This document shows, piece after piece, positions 1 to 9,960 of a stretch of 32,000 nucleotides of DNA. Numbering within the stretch: position 1 is the first letter of the stretch; every line of letters starts with the position of its first letter. The notes beneath the pieces were generated by a model. It saw only the letters and a list, made by a program, of their open reading frames with translations. It made no database searches and was not told the origin of the DNA. The position numbers and the translations under genes are program-made. The stretch is from Crocosphaera subtropica ATCC 51142 (GTDB lineage: Bacteria; Cyanobacteriota; Cyanobacteriia; Cyanobacteriales; Microcystaceae): positions 450,001-482,000 of the forward strand of contig NC_010546.1 of assembly GCF_000017845.1 (NCBI RefSeq), in the 5' to 3' direction.

Positions 1-134
1 CCAGAAACATGACCTTTTAGGATTTGGCGATCGCTTCCTTGAATGGACAGTTCTAGGGTTTCTACTTGCTCAACTTGGGAGCGTAACCAAAGCTGCATAG
101 CAGGAGACAACACTTTACTGATAACACGGCTCAT
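1..134 (-). CDS. 5' fragment (44 codons, continues past window start) of a conserved hypothetical protein, possibly DUF2993-like
   Basis: My own minus-strand translation has ATG at 134-132, with GAGGA 9 nt upstream (complement of 144-148). The peptide MSRVISKVLSPAMQLWLRSQVEQVETLELSIQGSDRQILKGHVS stays open to position 1. The family guess rests only on my memory of the LWLRSQ-type N-terminus. Confidence 0.4.
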   Translation of the reverse strand, partial: MSRVISKVLSPAMQLWLRSQVEQVETLELSIQGSDRQILKGHVS

Positions 135-238
135 AATGACCAATCCTCACACAGATATTAAAATAACAAGATACAGTTCGGCTAATCTACGAATTATATA
201 GCAATCACATTTTATCTTGAGTTTTCCATGATCCTAAT

Positions 239-2986
239 TTAAGATTTCTGAGCCTCTTCGATATGGAAACGTTCCACAGAAGCCAATAAATCACGGGAAA
301 TTCCTACTAGATTTTGTAACGATCCTGCTACCCGTTGAGATTCTTGGGATGTTTCTTGTGCAGTTAATTCCACAGACTGCATAACTTGACTCACTGCCTT
401 AGAATTTTCCTGTTGTTGAATGGTATCCCCTGTAATGGATCGCACTAAGGTATTAATGTGATTGGATACGTCAATAATATCTTCTAAAGAACGTTTCGCC
501 TGTTCTGATTTATCCGTTACATCGATTACCTGCTGAATCCCTTCTTCCATTGCTGTCATTACCGAACCGGTTTCACTTTGAATTTGTAGTACGATTTGCT
601 CAATTTCTTTCAATGATTTTGCCGAACGATCAGCTAACTGACGAACTTCATCAGCTACGATGGCAAAGCCTCGTCCTGCTTCTCCTGCTCTAGCTGCTTG
701 AATTGACGCATTAAGAGCCAATAAGTTCGTTCTTGAAGCAATTTGAGAAATTAACGCTACAATCTTTGAGATTTCTTGAGATGCTTCCGCTAACCGTTTT
801 ACTTTACGAGTGGTTTCTGATACCGTTTCTCGAATTTGCAGAATACCAGCTACTGTTCGCTCTACCGCTTCACCCCCTTTGAGAGCGGTTACGGAGGAGG
901 TGTGGGCAACTTCTTCAGCTTCACGGGCGTTTTCTGCCACCCGTTGAATCGATTCAGTCATCACCTGTACCGAATTTAAGGTGACGGCTAATTCTTCTGC
1001 CATTCGCAGAGCATCACGGGAATTATTGCGAGCAAATAATTCACTATCCGTTGAACTTTTATTAACCTGTTTTGCAGTTCGTTTTACCTGGGCGACAATT
1101 TCCCGTAGATTGTGGATGGTTAAGTTAAAGGCATCTGCCACCGCCCCTAATACGTCAGCCGTTACCTCTGCTTCTACAGTTAAATCTCCCCTAGCAGCCC
1201 CCTCTACATCATCCAAAAGGCGAATCACTTGCCGTTGCAACTCTTCTCTCGCTTGTTCCATTTCTGCAGCCCGTTGTTGGGCTTCGCTGGTGGTGGTGAG
1301 GATAACACGGGATAATTGGTTAAAATTATAGGATAATTGCCCTAATTCATCTTCGGAGTAAATGGTGGCCTTTACATTGTAGTCACCCCCATACATTGAA
1401 CCAAACTGAGTCTGGAGATCCGCAATGGTGCGTTTTAGGTGGTAGGAAGCGATCAGGCCAAAAAACAGTGTTCCCCCAAATCCGACTAAACCCCCTGTTA
1501 AGGCTAGTAACAAGATAGGGTCACCAGATTTAGCTTGTTTCTTGTTGTTTGGAGTAGATGGAGATTGTTGAGAGGCCTGTCCAGTTGCTTGTAACGGGTT
1601 CGTATTGTTCTCAGACGTTTCTACCTTGTCTGCTGTGGATTTTTTATCCACCACTTTAGTCGATTCTGCTTGAGGAGAAATTAACCAAGCGAAGCCACTC
1701 ACCAGCAGAATAGCCACAAAAGAAACGATACCTGTGCTTCCGGCGGCCATCCACGGTTTTAAGTTTAAAGGTGCATTATGGAACCAACCTAAATAGCCTT
1801 GTTTTGCTTCAACAGTGGGTTTGATGACTTTAGTCTCACTATTGGACAAAGAACTATGGGCCATGTCATCAGATTTTACCCAATTAACAGTTTGTGATCC
1901 TTGTTCAGATAAAAGATCCCCCGTTTGTAAACCGAGACTACCACTGAGATCCTCGCTGGCTTGACTGAACAGATCAGAATCAGGTAACTGATCGCTCATC
2001 TCGGTAAAATCAAAATTGGATAAATCCTCTAATGCCTCTTCCTGAAAAGCATCAAACTTATCTAAGACTTGGTTTTGTTCTTGTGCTGGATTGGATGGCA
2101 TCATCCTGGGCGTGGCTTGAATGGTAGGATCATCCTGAGCAGGATAATTAGACCAATCAGAAGAGGGTTCTTCTGGTGAGGTTGTAGAGCCACGATTATC
2201 CAATGAAGGAGGATTAAGACTAGAGGAAACAACAAAGGTATTGTCTTCATCCCCTGCTATTTCGCCTCCCGTATGTGCTTCAGTTTCTAGCCCTTGCTCG
2301 TCACCAAAAGAAAAATCAGAGAACTCATGGTCAACAAAATCAGTCCAATTCTCTTTATCTGAGGTGTTTGTTTTGGGGATATCCGTTTGAGAGTCAAAAG
2401 GCTTTACTTCACTTAGGGTGGTAAAGGGATCAACCTCCATTTCAAAGTTGGCTGGTCTTTGCTCTGGTGGATGATGATTATTATCAAAAGGTTGCCCTTG
2501 AGATACTTGGTGACCAATAGTCGGTTCTCCTAAATCATCGTCATCAAAAATAGCACTATCCCAGTCTAGTCCATCGAGTTCAAAATCTTCAGACTCCCAA
2601 TCTCCTGATGAATCTGTCGGCTCAGACCACTGTTCTTTCCTGTCAACTGACTCAGATGCTATCTCAGATGGCTCCGCTAGTTCGTTGCTTCGATGATTAT
2701 CCCCTGATTGAGCAAGCAGTTGTTGGGCTTGTGCTAATCCTTGCTTAGCGCAATCTACTAAATCTGGGCGATCAGTGTGGCCAATGACCGATTGATATTG
2801 TTGACAAGCGGTTTCGTATCTTCCCAAGCTAAAATAAATATGACCCCGTAATAACAGAACATCAGGATCTTCGGGAAAAGCCTCAGCCATTGGTTCCATG
2901 AGGGCAGCGGCCTCTTCAAAATTTCCCTGTCCGTAAGCGACATAAGCTTCATTATATAATTTTGCGTAGTCTGTCCCTGATGCCAT
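239..2986 (-). CDS. methyl-accepting chemotaxis protein, PilJ/HmpD-type (TPR-like N-terminus, long acidic linker, 2 TM, HAMP, MA signalling domain)
   Basis: This is a 915-aa ORF. The C-terminal third carries the MCP signalling core ([34 protein letters not shown]). The TM segments are [24 protein letters not shown] and [25 protein letters not shown], followed by a HAMP-like stretch. It is the last gene of a patA-cheY-cheW-MCP string. Confidence 0.9.
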   Translation of the reverse strand: MASGTDYAKLYNEAYVAYGQGNFEEAAALMEPMAEAFPEDPDVLLLRGHIYFSLGRYETACQQYQSVIGHTDRPDLVDCAKQGLAQAQQLLAQSGDNHRSNELAEPSEIASESVDRKEQWSEPTDSSGDWESEDFELDGLDWDSAIFDDDDLGEPTIGHQVSQGQPFDNNHHPPEQRPANFEMEVDPFTTLSEVKPFDSQTDIPKTNTSDKENWTDFVDHEFSDFSFGDEQGLETEAHTGGEIAGDEDNTFVVSSSLNPPSLDNRGSTTSPEEPSSDWSNYPAQDDPTIQATPRMMPSNPAQEQNQVLDKFDAFQEEALEDLSNFDFTEMSDQLPDSDLFSQASEDLSGSLGLQTGDLLSEQGSQTVNWVKSDDMAHSSLSNSETKVIKPTVEAKQGYLGWFHNAPLNLKPWMAAGSTGIVSFVAILLVSGFAWLISPQAESTKVVDKKSTADKVETSENNTNPLQATGQASQQSPSTPNNKKQAKSGDPILLLALTGGLVGFGGTLFFGLIASYHLKRTIADLQTQFGSMYGGDYNVKATIYSEDELGQLSYNFNQLSRVILTTTSEAQQRAAEMEQAREELQRQVIRLLDDVEGAARGDLTVEAEVTADVLGAVADAFNLTIHNLREIVAQVKRTAKQVNKSSTDSELFARNNSRDALRMAEELAVTLNSVQVMTESIQRVAENAREAEEVAHTSSVTALKGGEAVERTVAGILQIRETVSETTRKVKRLAEASQEISKIVALISQIASRTNLLALNASIQAARAGEAGRGFAIVADEVRQLADRSAKSLKEIEQIVLQIQSETGSVMTAMEEGIQQVIDVTDKSEQAKRSLEDIIDVSNHINTLVRSITGDTIQQQENSKAVSQVMQSVELTAQETSQESQRVAGSLQNLVGISRDLLASVERFHIEEAQKS

Positions 2987-3090
2987 TACCTTTCTCCTAT
3001 CGGTTTAAATCTTGTTAGTTATTGGTTTGTGAGTTAAGGGTGATCAATTACATATATTTGTATAGATAAATCGGGGGTAGGATAATTCCC

Positions 3091-3621
3091 TTAAGTTGCC
3101 CATCGGGCTGAACGTAAAATAGCCACTTGGTCTAGTAATCGTAAGACTTGGTGAGACTGTTCTTCTGCCACCCATTCTCCCTGAACATAAGGGGCAATAT
3201 GATCGGCTACGTTGGTGGGAGCTTGTAATTGTTCAATATCTAACCATTCCATATCCCCCAATTGATCAATGGCTAACCCTAAAATGGTTTCTTGCTCTTC
3301 TACGGCAATGACCGGAATTTCAGGGCGATCAGTTCGTAAGGGAACGGTATTACCTAAAAATTGCCCTAAGTCTGCCACCCAGATCACTTGCCCCCTCAAA
3401 TTGAGAGTTCCTAACAGTAAGGGTGAAGCATTAGGAATGGGTGTAATTCGTTCTGGACTTTGTTGCATCACCTCTCGAATGGCAACGGCCGGAAGGGCAA
3501 ATTCTTCTTTTGAAGGCAGATGAAATCGTAAATATAGTTCTCCTTCAGGGGTTTGTAATGCCTGAAGTTCAGGAGACATATCTTGTTTGTTGTCTTGACC
3601 TAAATCTAAATTCCCAACCAT
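3091..3621 (-). CDS. CheW-like coupling protein (PilI/HmpC-type)
   Basis: This is a 176-aa ORF with a CheW-type core (ITPIPNASPLLLGTLNLRGQVIWVADLGQFLG ... VIAVE ... LGLAIDQL). It lies between the cheY-like and MCP genes. The true start may be internal. Confidence 0.85.
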   Translation of the reverse strand: MVGNLDLGQDNKQDMSPELQALQTPEGELYLRFHLPSKEEFALPAVAIREVMQQSPERITPIPNASPLLLGTLNLRGQVIWVADLGQFLGNTVPLRTDRPEIPVIAVEEQETILGLAIDQLGDMEWLDIEQLQAPTNVADHIAPYVQGEWVAEEQSHQVLRLLDQVAILRSARWAT

Positions 3622-3651
3622 GTTGTTTTCCCCATCTGAATGATTGTGCGT

Positions 3652-4017
3652 TTATTGCCGTAGTAGTTGCTGAATGGTGCCAATGAGTTCAATATCTTCA
3701 AAGGGTTTGGCAATGTAAGCATCTGCCCCCTGTTTAATACCCCAATAACGGTCGAATTCTTCCCCTTTAGAAGAACACATAACAATGGGAACATTTTGGG
3801 TACTCGGATTGGTTTTAATCCGACGACAGACTTCATAACCGTTCATCTTGGGCATGACAATATCTAAGACAATGAGATCCGGACTCGCTTCTTTAATGGT
3901 TTCGAGGGCTTGAATGCCATCTTCTGCGATAATGACTTGCCAACCATTCTTTTTGAGAATCGTCGCAATCATTCTTTGTTGTGCTGGACTATCTTCTACC
4001 AGTAGAACTGCTCTCAT
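3652..4017 (-). CDS. single-domain CheY-like response regulator (PilH/HmpB-type)
   Basis: This 121-aa ORF has receiver-domain hallmarks: LLVEDS near the N-terminus, the phospho-acceptor context DLIVLDIVMPKMNGYEV, and the conserved K in YIAKPF. Confidence 0.9.
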   Translation of the reverse strand: MRAVLLVEDSPAQQRMIATILKKNGWQVIIAEDGIQALETIKEASPDLIVLDIVMPKMNGYEVCRRIKTNPSTQNVPIVMCSSKGEEFDRYWGIKQGADAYIAKPFEDIELIGTIQQLLRQ

Positions 4018-4270
4018 AACGTTTTCTCTATAAAACTGGGTTCATCAAACATGGTATTTAGCTGACTAATTAACAACTTGTTGCCAGATGATTGTTTAGT
4101 AATAATAAATAGATCAGATCACAAATGGTAACCTTTAAACTCAACCTTATTTTTGGGGAAAGGTGAATTATCAATTTATTAATTATTTCTCTTCCCCAAG
4201 TGTACATACTTAAGTTGCCCAAATTTTCTGAGAAAACAACAATACAATGAGAGAAATTTTTGAGTGATCC

Positions 4271-5503
4271 TTATCTCCTGGTTCGATGACTCCTGGTTGT
4301 TGGTGCAACATATTTTTCGATTAACAATAATAACTCTTGTTCTCCAAAGGGTTTGGTGAGGTAATCTGTTGCTCCCATCATGCGCGCTCGAATGCGATCG
4401 ATAAAACCTTCTTTTCCTGTGAGCATGATGATAGGTATATATTGAAAAGCCTTAGAATGTCTTAACATGGCACAAATCTCGTAGCCATCTAATTTGGGCA
4501 TAGCAATATCACATAAAATGACATCGGGGTTGAGTTCAAATAGATGACTTAATCCTGAGAGGGGATCGGTAATTAAGGAGGTGTGATAATGGTTTTTGGT
4601 GAGGATCGCTTCTACAGTTTTGCCAATCGTCAGATCGTCATCAAGACAGACTATATGAGGACGGTGTCTTGTGGTGGGTTCGTCCCAAAGGTTTTTAGAG
4701 ATAGATACGGAAGGACTTGTGATGATAATCGGGTGTAACCATCCTCGTTCAACATAAGGATAAATACCCCGTGCTAAGGTTCCTAAATTCCGTTGTAAGC
4801 GACGGGAAAGTCGTCTAAGGGATGTTTTGCCATCAGCCCAATGTACTAACTGTTCGTAAGCTTTTTGAGGTAATGTCTCTTTTAATTGCTGTTGATCGGC
4901 AATGATTAATGCTTGTTGAGGACTCTGAAAATAGGGATGTAACTGTTTCCACTGTTGCACCTCTTTCATCATTTCCATCACCAATGGACCGATTTCTAAA
5001 CTGGTTAAAAGGGGATCTAAACCTAGACCCATTTCAAAAATAAATGCCCCTTGTCGTAAACTAAGTAAGTCAAAGAGGGTTTCTTTGACCATTTGTTGAA
5101 TGATAGTTTTGCCCTGTTCAGGGGTTAAACGATGTTGTTCAATTAATTGCCATAAATAAACGTATTCAATGTCGTTATGAGTAATTCTCTCAAGACTTTC
5201 AAGTTCTTCTGGAACAACTTGCATTTGATAACGAGATAAATAATCTTGTAAACGGCGACAGCCTCTATTTTTGCTGTGAATGGTGTAAACAATTTGTCCG
5301 TTAACGAAAAAAACTAACCAAAATATTCTAGAAGCCTCAATGGTAAGAGGTTGAGATGACCCGAAGTTTGATGAGGGATGATCATCCCCCTGGTTGCCTA
5401 ATGAGGTTTGATAGGCTTCAATTAAGAGTTCTCCCGTTCGTTGTCCTAGTTCGATTAGTTGCAGGATACTGCGTATATCAATTTCATTTAAAGTTCCCTG
5501 CAT
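4271..5503 (-). CDS. PatA-type response regulator (N-terminal PATAN/DUF4388-like domain + C-terminal receiver; PilG/HmpA-type)
   Basis: This is a 410-aa ORF. The N-terminus (LNEIDIRSILQLIELGQRTGELLIE) is typical of the PATAN domain. The C-terminal receiver reads IVCLDDD ... DVILCDIAMPKLDGYEICAMLR ... YLTKPF. Confidence 0.8.
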   Translation of the reverse strand: MQGTLNEIDIRSILQLIELGQRTGELLIEAYQTSLGNQGDDHPSSNFGSSQPLTIEASRIFWLVFFVNGQIVYTIHSKNRGCRRLQDYLSRYQMQVVPEELESLERITHNDIEYVYLWQLIEQHRLTPEQGKTIIQQMVKETLFDLLSLRQGAFIFEMGLGLDPLLTSLEIGPLVMEMMKEVQQWKQLHPYFQSPQQALIIADQQQLKETLPQKAYEQLVHWADGKTSLRRLSRRLQRNLGTLARGIYPYVERGWLHPIIITSPSVSISKNLWDEPTTRHRPHIVCLDDDLTIGKTVEAILTKNHYHTSLITDPLSGLSHLFELNPDVILCDIAMPKLDGYEICAMLRHSKAFQYIPIIMLTGKEGFIDRIRARMMGATDYLTKPFGEQELLLLIEKYVAPTTRSHRTRR

Positions 5504-6371
5504 AATGATTTACGAATAGTGATAATTTTTGACGATAAATAAAGGGATAATCACAAAAGTTAAATTAAGTAAATGCTTCTCTTCTGTTAATCTTAATTAG
5601 GAATCTCAAACATTTTAATGATCCCGTGTTTACCCTGCTTAGGTCTAGTTTAGCCTATCTTTTGGACATTATAGTCCTGTTTAGATTATATCATTAAAAC
5701 TTCCCCAGAATACCAACAATGATAGAATTAAAGTGTTATTAAGCAGGGTATAATCAAGATGGTTAGATTGGCTAACAGTATTCATAATAGTCAATATTTT
5801 TATTCTGATGTTCTCAGAAGATCCCAATCTTTTACACGTTAGGGATGAACCGTGGCTAACCAGTAATATTAGGACTTTAAGGGAGATTGAGTCTAGCATC
5901 AAGATAAAAGCTAGGCTATGATTAAGATAAAGCACTGTTGAAATACAGGGACACAACCGCCTAGTACCTATTATGAAAAAGTAGTGAAAATGGTCAGGGG
6001 TCAAAACTAAGCTCACCATCACTCCCACTTAGCTCTTTGGCTACGCTCCGATGCTGAGTCTCTAACAGAAGACAAACAACAAAAGTCAAGCCAATTTCTA
6101 TCAAGTGAGGCATGGGAGGCAATTGGATACGCCTTTGCGTTTTTCGCAAAAAGAATTCCTAACTGTCTATACGGTAGGGTTATTCCAAGATTCTTTAATT
6201 AGGTTGTGTGGATATGTGACAATAATTAACTCAGGTAATGCCATAGAGGCGATCTTGTGATTACAGGGAGTAACACCGTTGGATAGTGTATTCCTAACTT
6301 AAATTACATCCCTTGACATTATCTCCGTGTCAATAATCTAGACAACAGCAATATCGAGAGGATTGTGGCTC

Positions 6372-7979
6372 GTGCTATATCTTGCAGAAGTCAAAAAACA
6401 GACAAGAGGTTTCATTGGTGGTTCTCGGACAGAGATTAAACTCTTAGCGTGTCAACATAATGATCAAACTTGGAGTTCTGTCCCTGGGGAAGAGGTGGTC
6501 GCCCTTGAAGAATTAGAGCAACTGGGGGAAGGAACCCTATTGATGGTTAACTTAGGCAATAATCGTCAAGTTCAAGGAGAACCAGAACTAGCTGCTCCGG
6601 AATTAGTGCGACAACTACAAAAGTTATCCCGTCTCTCAGAAAAGTTAAAAACCCAACAAGAAGAGATAGAACAATGGAAACAGTCGCTTCAATATCAAAG
6701 TCAAGAGTTAACCCGTCGTGAAGCAGAGATGGAAGCTCGTCTTGAACAGTTAGAGGAAATCGAAAAAGAACTGTCTCAAATTGAACGCCGTCGGCAAGAA
6801 GCTGACTCAGCCTGGAATCGGGTGGAGCAAACTCAACAACAATTTCAAGATTTTCAGCGTCGTTTTGGACCGGTATTAGAACTTCCTGGTGCAGAAGCTG
6901 AGAAAATGCAAGAATTGATTGTTCGTCTTGCTCAGAGTTCTACGGGACTAGAATCCCTAGAAAAACCCTTTCGGGCCGCCATCAATGCCTCAGAAGCTCA
7001 ACAAGAAATTCTCAACCAATTTTGGCAACAACTCGATACCCTTAAAGCAGAGGTACAACGTCAAACCAGACAAGTCCAACAACAAGGAGAAATCTTAGAA
7101 AATCGTTTTCAAGCTTTAGAAGAAACACAAACATCTCTTGAAGAAGCCAAAATTCAATGGGGGGTTCAACAGAACATCCTCAGCAATAAACAAGATCGAC
7201 TGCAAAAGGTTAACGATAATTTGCGGGTAATTCAAGAATTACAACACACCCTAGAACAAGTAGCTGGTGGTGTAGGAGATATGGTTTCTGAGACTAAAGT
7301 TGATGTCGTGTCCCTAGAAGATATGCCCCTAGGAGAACTCGAAGAAAAGGTTAAAAGTTTACAAGGGGATTTAGATAAATTAGTTCGTTTTGTTAACGAT
7401 CAAGAAGAAGAATTGACCTTACAATGTCAAACGGTTCAAGAGTTACAAGATAAATTAGCTGAAGCAGGAGATTTTGAGCGTTTAGACCTAGAAAGCGAAT
7501 TAGCAGAAGAACAGGAAAGAAAACAATTTTTAGATGAAACCCTAGTGGGTCAAAGACGGAATCTCAAAGAAAGACAAGAGGTATTACTCCAATATTTACG
7601 GGTGTTACGTCGTCGTCAAGGGGTGATAGATTTTGATAGCAATACACCCGCAGTCAATATAGACCCTGTCCTGATTCAATTAGAAGAATGGGAAAATCGC
7701 ACAACCGAAGAACGGGAAACGTTAGAAACGGAAATCCATCATTTGCACAATAGTGTTCAAGAAATCCAGACTATGATCAAACAACTGGATACAGAACAGG
7801 TTCAAAAAATAAAACAACTTGAAGGAGAACGGGAAAACTGGCAACAGGCACAAATTGAAGTCGCCCAATTACAAGTCCGTCTCGATATTTATGAAAATAG
7901 TTTGAAACCTTTACAACGAGAACTCGACGAAACAAAGCATCAATTAGGAATTCTAGGAGAATGGCTAAATCCTTCTTAA
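6372..7979 (+). CDS. hmpF: pilus motility taxis protein HmpF (long Q/E-rich coiled-coil protein)
   Basis: The track ORF starts at TTG 6363. I prefer GTG 6372, which gives MLYLAEVKKQTRGFIGG..., the N-terminus I remember for HmpF. A GAGG at 6357-6360 is well spaced for 6372 and too close to 6363. The remainder is heptad-rich coiled coil. The gene is divergent from the hmp-type chemotaxis cluster. Confidence 0.75.
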   Translation: MLYLAEVKKQTRGFIGGSRTEIKLLACQHNDQTWSSVPGEEVVALEELEQLGEGTLLMVNLGNNRQVQGEPELAAPELVRQLQKLSRLSEKLKTQQEEIEQWKQSLQYQSQELTRREAEMEARLEQLEEIEKELSQIERRRQEADSAWNRVEQTQQQFQDFQRRFGPVLELPGAEAEKMQELIVRLAQSSTGLESLEKPFRAAINASEAQQEILNQFWQQLDTLKAEVQRQTRQVQQQGEILENRFQALEETQTSLEEAKIQWGVQQNILSNKQDRLQKVNDNLRVIQELQHTLEQVAGGVGDMVSETKVDVVSLEDMPLGELEEKVKSLQGDLDKLVRFVNDQEEELTLQCQTVQELQDKLAEAGDFERLDLESELAEEQERKQFLDETLVGQRRNLKERQEVLLQYLRVLRRRQGVIDFDSNTPAVNIDPVLIQLEEWENRTTEERETLETEIHHLHNSVQEIQTMIKQLDTEQVQKIKQLEGERENWQQAQIEVAQLQVRLDIYENSLKPLQRELDETKHQLGILGEWLNPS

Positions 7980-8096
7980 ACTCAGTGAGCAGTTACCTCA
8001 GTCACGTTACCAATGAATGAATCGTATCTGTTTTCTGCTTCACAGCTAGAAACACTGTATCTCCCTGACCTAAAAACTACTGTAATGGTTTTCCTG

Positions 8097-9068
8097 TCAG
8101 GAAAATAACCATAACCCAGTTACCCCTAAACCAAGCCACAATAAACAGCAAATTCGAGTTAAACTTAAAGCCTTTTCAATGCTTTGGCAAGTAATGGCAT
8201 TGATGGGTTCTCCTAATAAGGGTTTTTCTTTAACTATGCCTTGATAAGTATTTTTTCCTCCTAATTGAACCCCTAAAATAGCAGCATAAATACATTCACT
8301 CCACCCTGAGTTGGGGCTAGGATCTTTTGGAGCATCACGACGACAAATGGATAAAACAACCAGGGGCTTTCCTGATAGTATAGCCAGGGTTAGAACGGTT
8401 AAACGACAAGGAATCCAAGTCAAAAGATCCTCAAATTTTGCACTAAACCAGCCAATATCCTTAAAGGGTTCTTGTTGATAACCAACGGTAGAATCAAGGG
8501 TGCTGGCTCCTTTATAAGCCAAGGCCAAAGCAACACTACCACCCCCCGGAAAAAAGGCTCCAGCGATCGCATAAAATAAAGGGGCTGTAACCCCATCGAT
8601 TGCATTTTCTGAGACGGTTTCTAGAGTAGCCCGCCATATTTCTTCTGGGGAAAGATTAACCGTATCACGACCCACATATTGACTAAGTTTTGTTCTGGCG
8701 AGGTCAATGTTTCCCTCTCTTAACGGGGTCAACACATCAAAGGCTGCTAATCTTAAACTGCGTCCTGCTAAACAACTTGCCAAGAGAATAATCTCTAGGA
8801 AAATGCCCAAAAAGGGATCGAGATGATATTTAATTAAATTAATGCTCCATCCCACAATTCCACTGCTAATAATTAATCCTAATCCTAAAATCACGCCGGC
8901 ACAACGTCGTTGAGTCTTGGTATGAAAAATAGAAAGAACAAAATTAGAGTACCTAGAGATCAGCCACCCCATCACTTGTACGGGGTGTAACCATCCCCAA
9001 GGGTCCCCAATAAGATAGTCAAGAATGGTAGCAAAGATGAGAATGATTATAGTAGCATTGAGATGCAA
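8097..9068 (-). CDS. cbiB: adenosylcobinamide-phosphate synthase CbiB/CobD
   Basis: This 323-aa polytopic membrane ORF has the N-terminal LDYLIGDPWGWLHPVQVMGW motif typical of CbiB. The length and hydrophobic profile also fit. Confidence 0.85.
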   Translation of the reverse strand: MHLNATIIILIFATILDYLIGDPWGWLHPVQVMGWLISRYSNFVLSIFHTKTQRRCAGVILGLGLIISSGIVGWSINLIKYHLDPFLGIFLEIILLASCLAGRSLRLAAFDVLTPLREGNIDLARTKLSQYVGRDTVNLSPEEIWRATLETVSENAIDGVTAPLFYAIAGAFFPGGGSVALALAYKGASTLDSTVGYQQEPFKDIGWFSAKFEDLLTWIPCRLTVLTLAILSGKPLVVLSICRRDAPKDPSPNSGWSECIYAAILGVQLGGKNTYQGIVKEKPLLGEPINAITCQSIEKALSLTRICCLLWLGLGVTGLWLFS

Positions 9069-9116
9069 ATTAGGTCTTTATCCTTAGTGTGGTTATCTTT
9101 AATTTTTCTTGGGGAA

Positions 9117-9503
9117 TTATCTTATTTTCTCAACATTTTTTTCCCAATTTTGGCCATCAAAGGTCTTAATTTCAAAGTCTGATAAGGTGACAGGATCAAG
9201 ACAGTTAACATTGATATCAAACCACCCTGGATGGGAACGGGGAGAGTAAAAAGAATGAATACCACAAACAGAACAAAAAGTGTGTTGTGCTGTGTGGGTG
9301 TTAAAGGTGTAAGTTGTGAGCATTTGTTCTCCCTTTATTAAGGTAAAGTTTTCAGGGGGAACCAAAAGATGAAGAAAGCCTTTTTTACGACAAATAGAAC
9401 AGTTACAATCAATGGCTTCAAACTTATCAATAACTGCCTCAAACCTCACTGCACCGCAGTGACAGCCTCCTTGAACCACAACAGAAGAGTGAGAATTTAC
9501 CAT
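9117..9503 (-). CDS. GFA-family (glutathione-dependent formaldehyde-activating / CENP-V-like) zinc protein
   Basis: The Cys pattern GGCHCGAVRF ... CNCSICRKKG ... FCSVCG is characteristic of the GFA fold. The track ORF starts at 9527. I prefer ATG 9503, which has AAGGA 9 nt upstream and lies 14 nt after the Rrf2 stop. Confidence 0.8.
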   Translation of the reverse strand: MVNSHSSVVVQGGCHCGAVRFEAVIDKFEAIDCNCSICRKKGFLHLLVPPENFTLIKGEQMLTTYTFNTHTAQHTFCSVCGIHSFYSPRSHPGWFDINVNCLDPVTLSDFEIKTFDGQNWEKNVEKIR

Positions 9504-9516
9504 AACAATTATGTCC

Positions 9517-9960
9517 TTATACAACAAAACTAATCGCTTCTCCTAGGGAAGCTTTCCAGCTACGAGCATCATAGTAAAGATCCGCTAAAGTAATTTTGTA
9601 AAGGGCTTCTTTGAGCTTCTCATGGAGTCGTTTCCAAAGGCTAAATGTGACCCAATCTTCTACTTGCTCAATATCAGGGTTATAGTAAGGTAATGGCTCA
9701 ATTGTATCCCCAACAGCGTCTAATATTTGTCCTAAAGAAATTTGACTCGGTTGACGAGCTAATTGATAGCCACCTTGTGATCCTCGTAAGGAATTAACTA
9801 ACCCACTGCGACGCATTTTTATCAGTAATTTTTCTAGGTATGGGGCGGGTAAATCTTGTCGCTTTGCGATCGCTTTTACTGACGTTGGACCATAGTTAGG
9901 CTGTAAACTCAGATCCAATAAGGCTTTAACGCTATAATGACTGCGAGTTGTTAGTTTCAT
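9517..9960 (-). CDS. Rrf2-family transcriptional regulator (no cysteines at all)
   Basis: The segment MKLTTRSHYSVKALLDLS ... VKAIAKRQDLPAPYLEKLLIKMRRSGLVNSLRGSQGGYQLAR is a typical Rrf2 winged-helix N-terminus. The likely start is ATG 9960 (track ORF 9978). The protein contains zero Cys residues. Confidence 0.85.
   Translation of the reverse strand: MKLTTRSHYSVKALLDLSLQPNYGPTSVKAIAKRQDLPAPYLEKLLIKMRRSGLVNSLRGSQGGYQLARQPSQISLGQILDAVGDTIEPLPYYNPDIEQVEDWVTFSLWKRLHEKLKEALYKITLADLYYDARSWKASLGEAISFVV

Noticed and set aside
145-152. CCTCACAC, reminiscent of the conserved single-stranded core of the cyanobacterial sRNA Yfr1
   Set aside because: It is simply the complement of the GAGGA ribosome-binding site of the minus-strand gene that starts at 134. 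There are no flanking GC-rich stem-loops.
981-1331. 116-aa plus-strand ORF antisense to the MCP gene
   Set aside because: It lies entirely inside the strongly supported MCP signalling domain on the opposite strand. Its Ser/Ala/Arg-rich composition is typical of the antisense frame of a coiled-coil gene.
5681-6028. 115-aa minus-strand ORF in the hmp/hmpF spacer
   Set aside because: The translation is low-complexity and hydrophobic (LILSLLVFWG, ILLVSHGSS), as expected from random AT-rich DNA. It has no SD and no recognisable motif. I treat it as non-coding.
6210-6230. TGTGA-N6-TTAAC as a SYCRP1/CRP-type site in the hmpF upstream region
   Set aside because: Only one half-site matches the TGTGA-N6-TCACA consensus, which is insufficient.
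8089-8105. Palindrome TTTTCCTG-T-CAGGAAAA overlapping the cbiB stop, as a bidirectional terminator
   Set aside because: The loop is too tight for the full stem. There is no U-run after it on either strand. I did not call it.
9069-9116. Possible cobalamin riboswitch upstream of cbiB
   Set aside because: Only 48 nt separate cbiB from the upstream gene, which is far too short for a B12 riboswitch aptamer.
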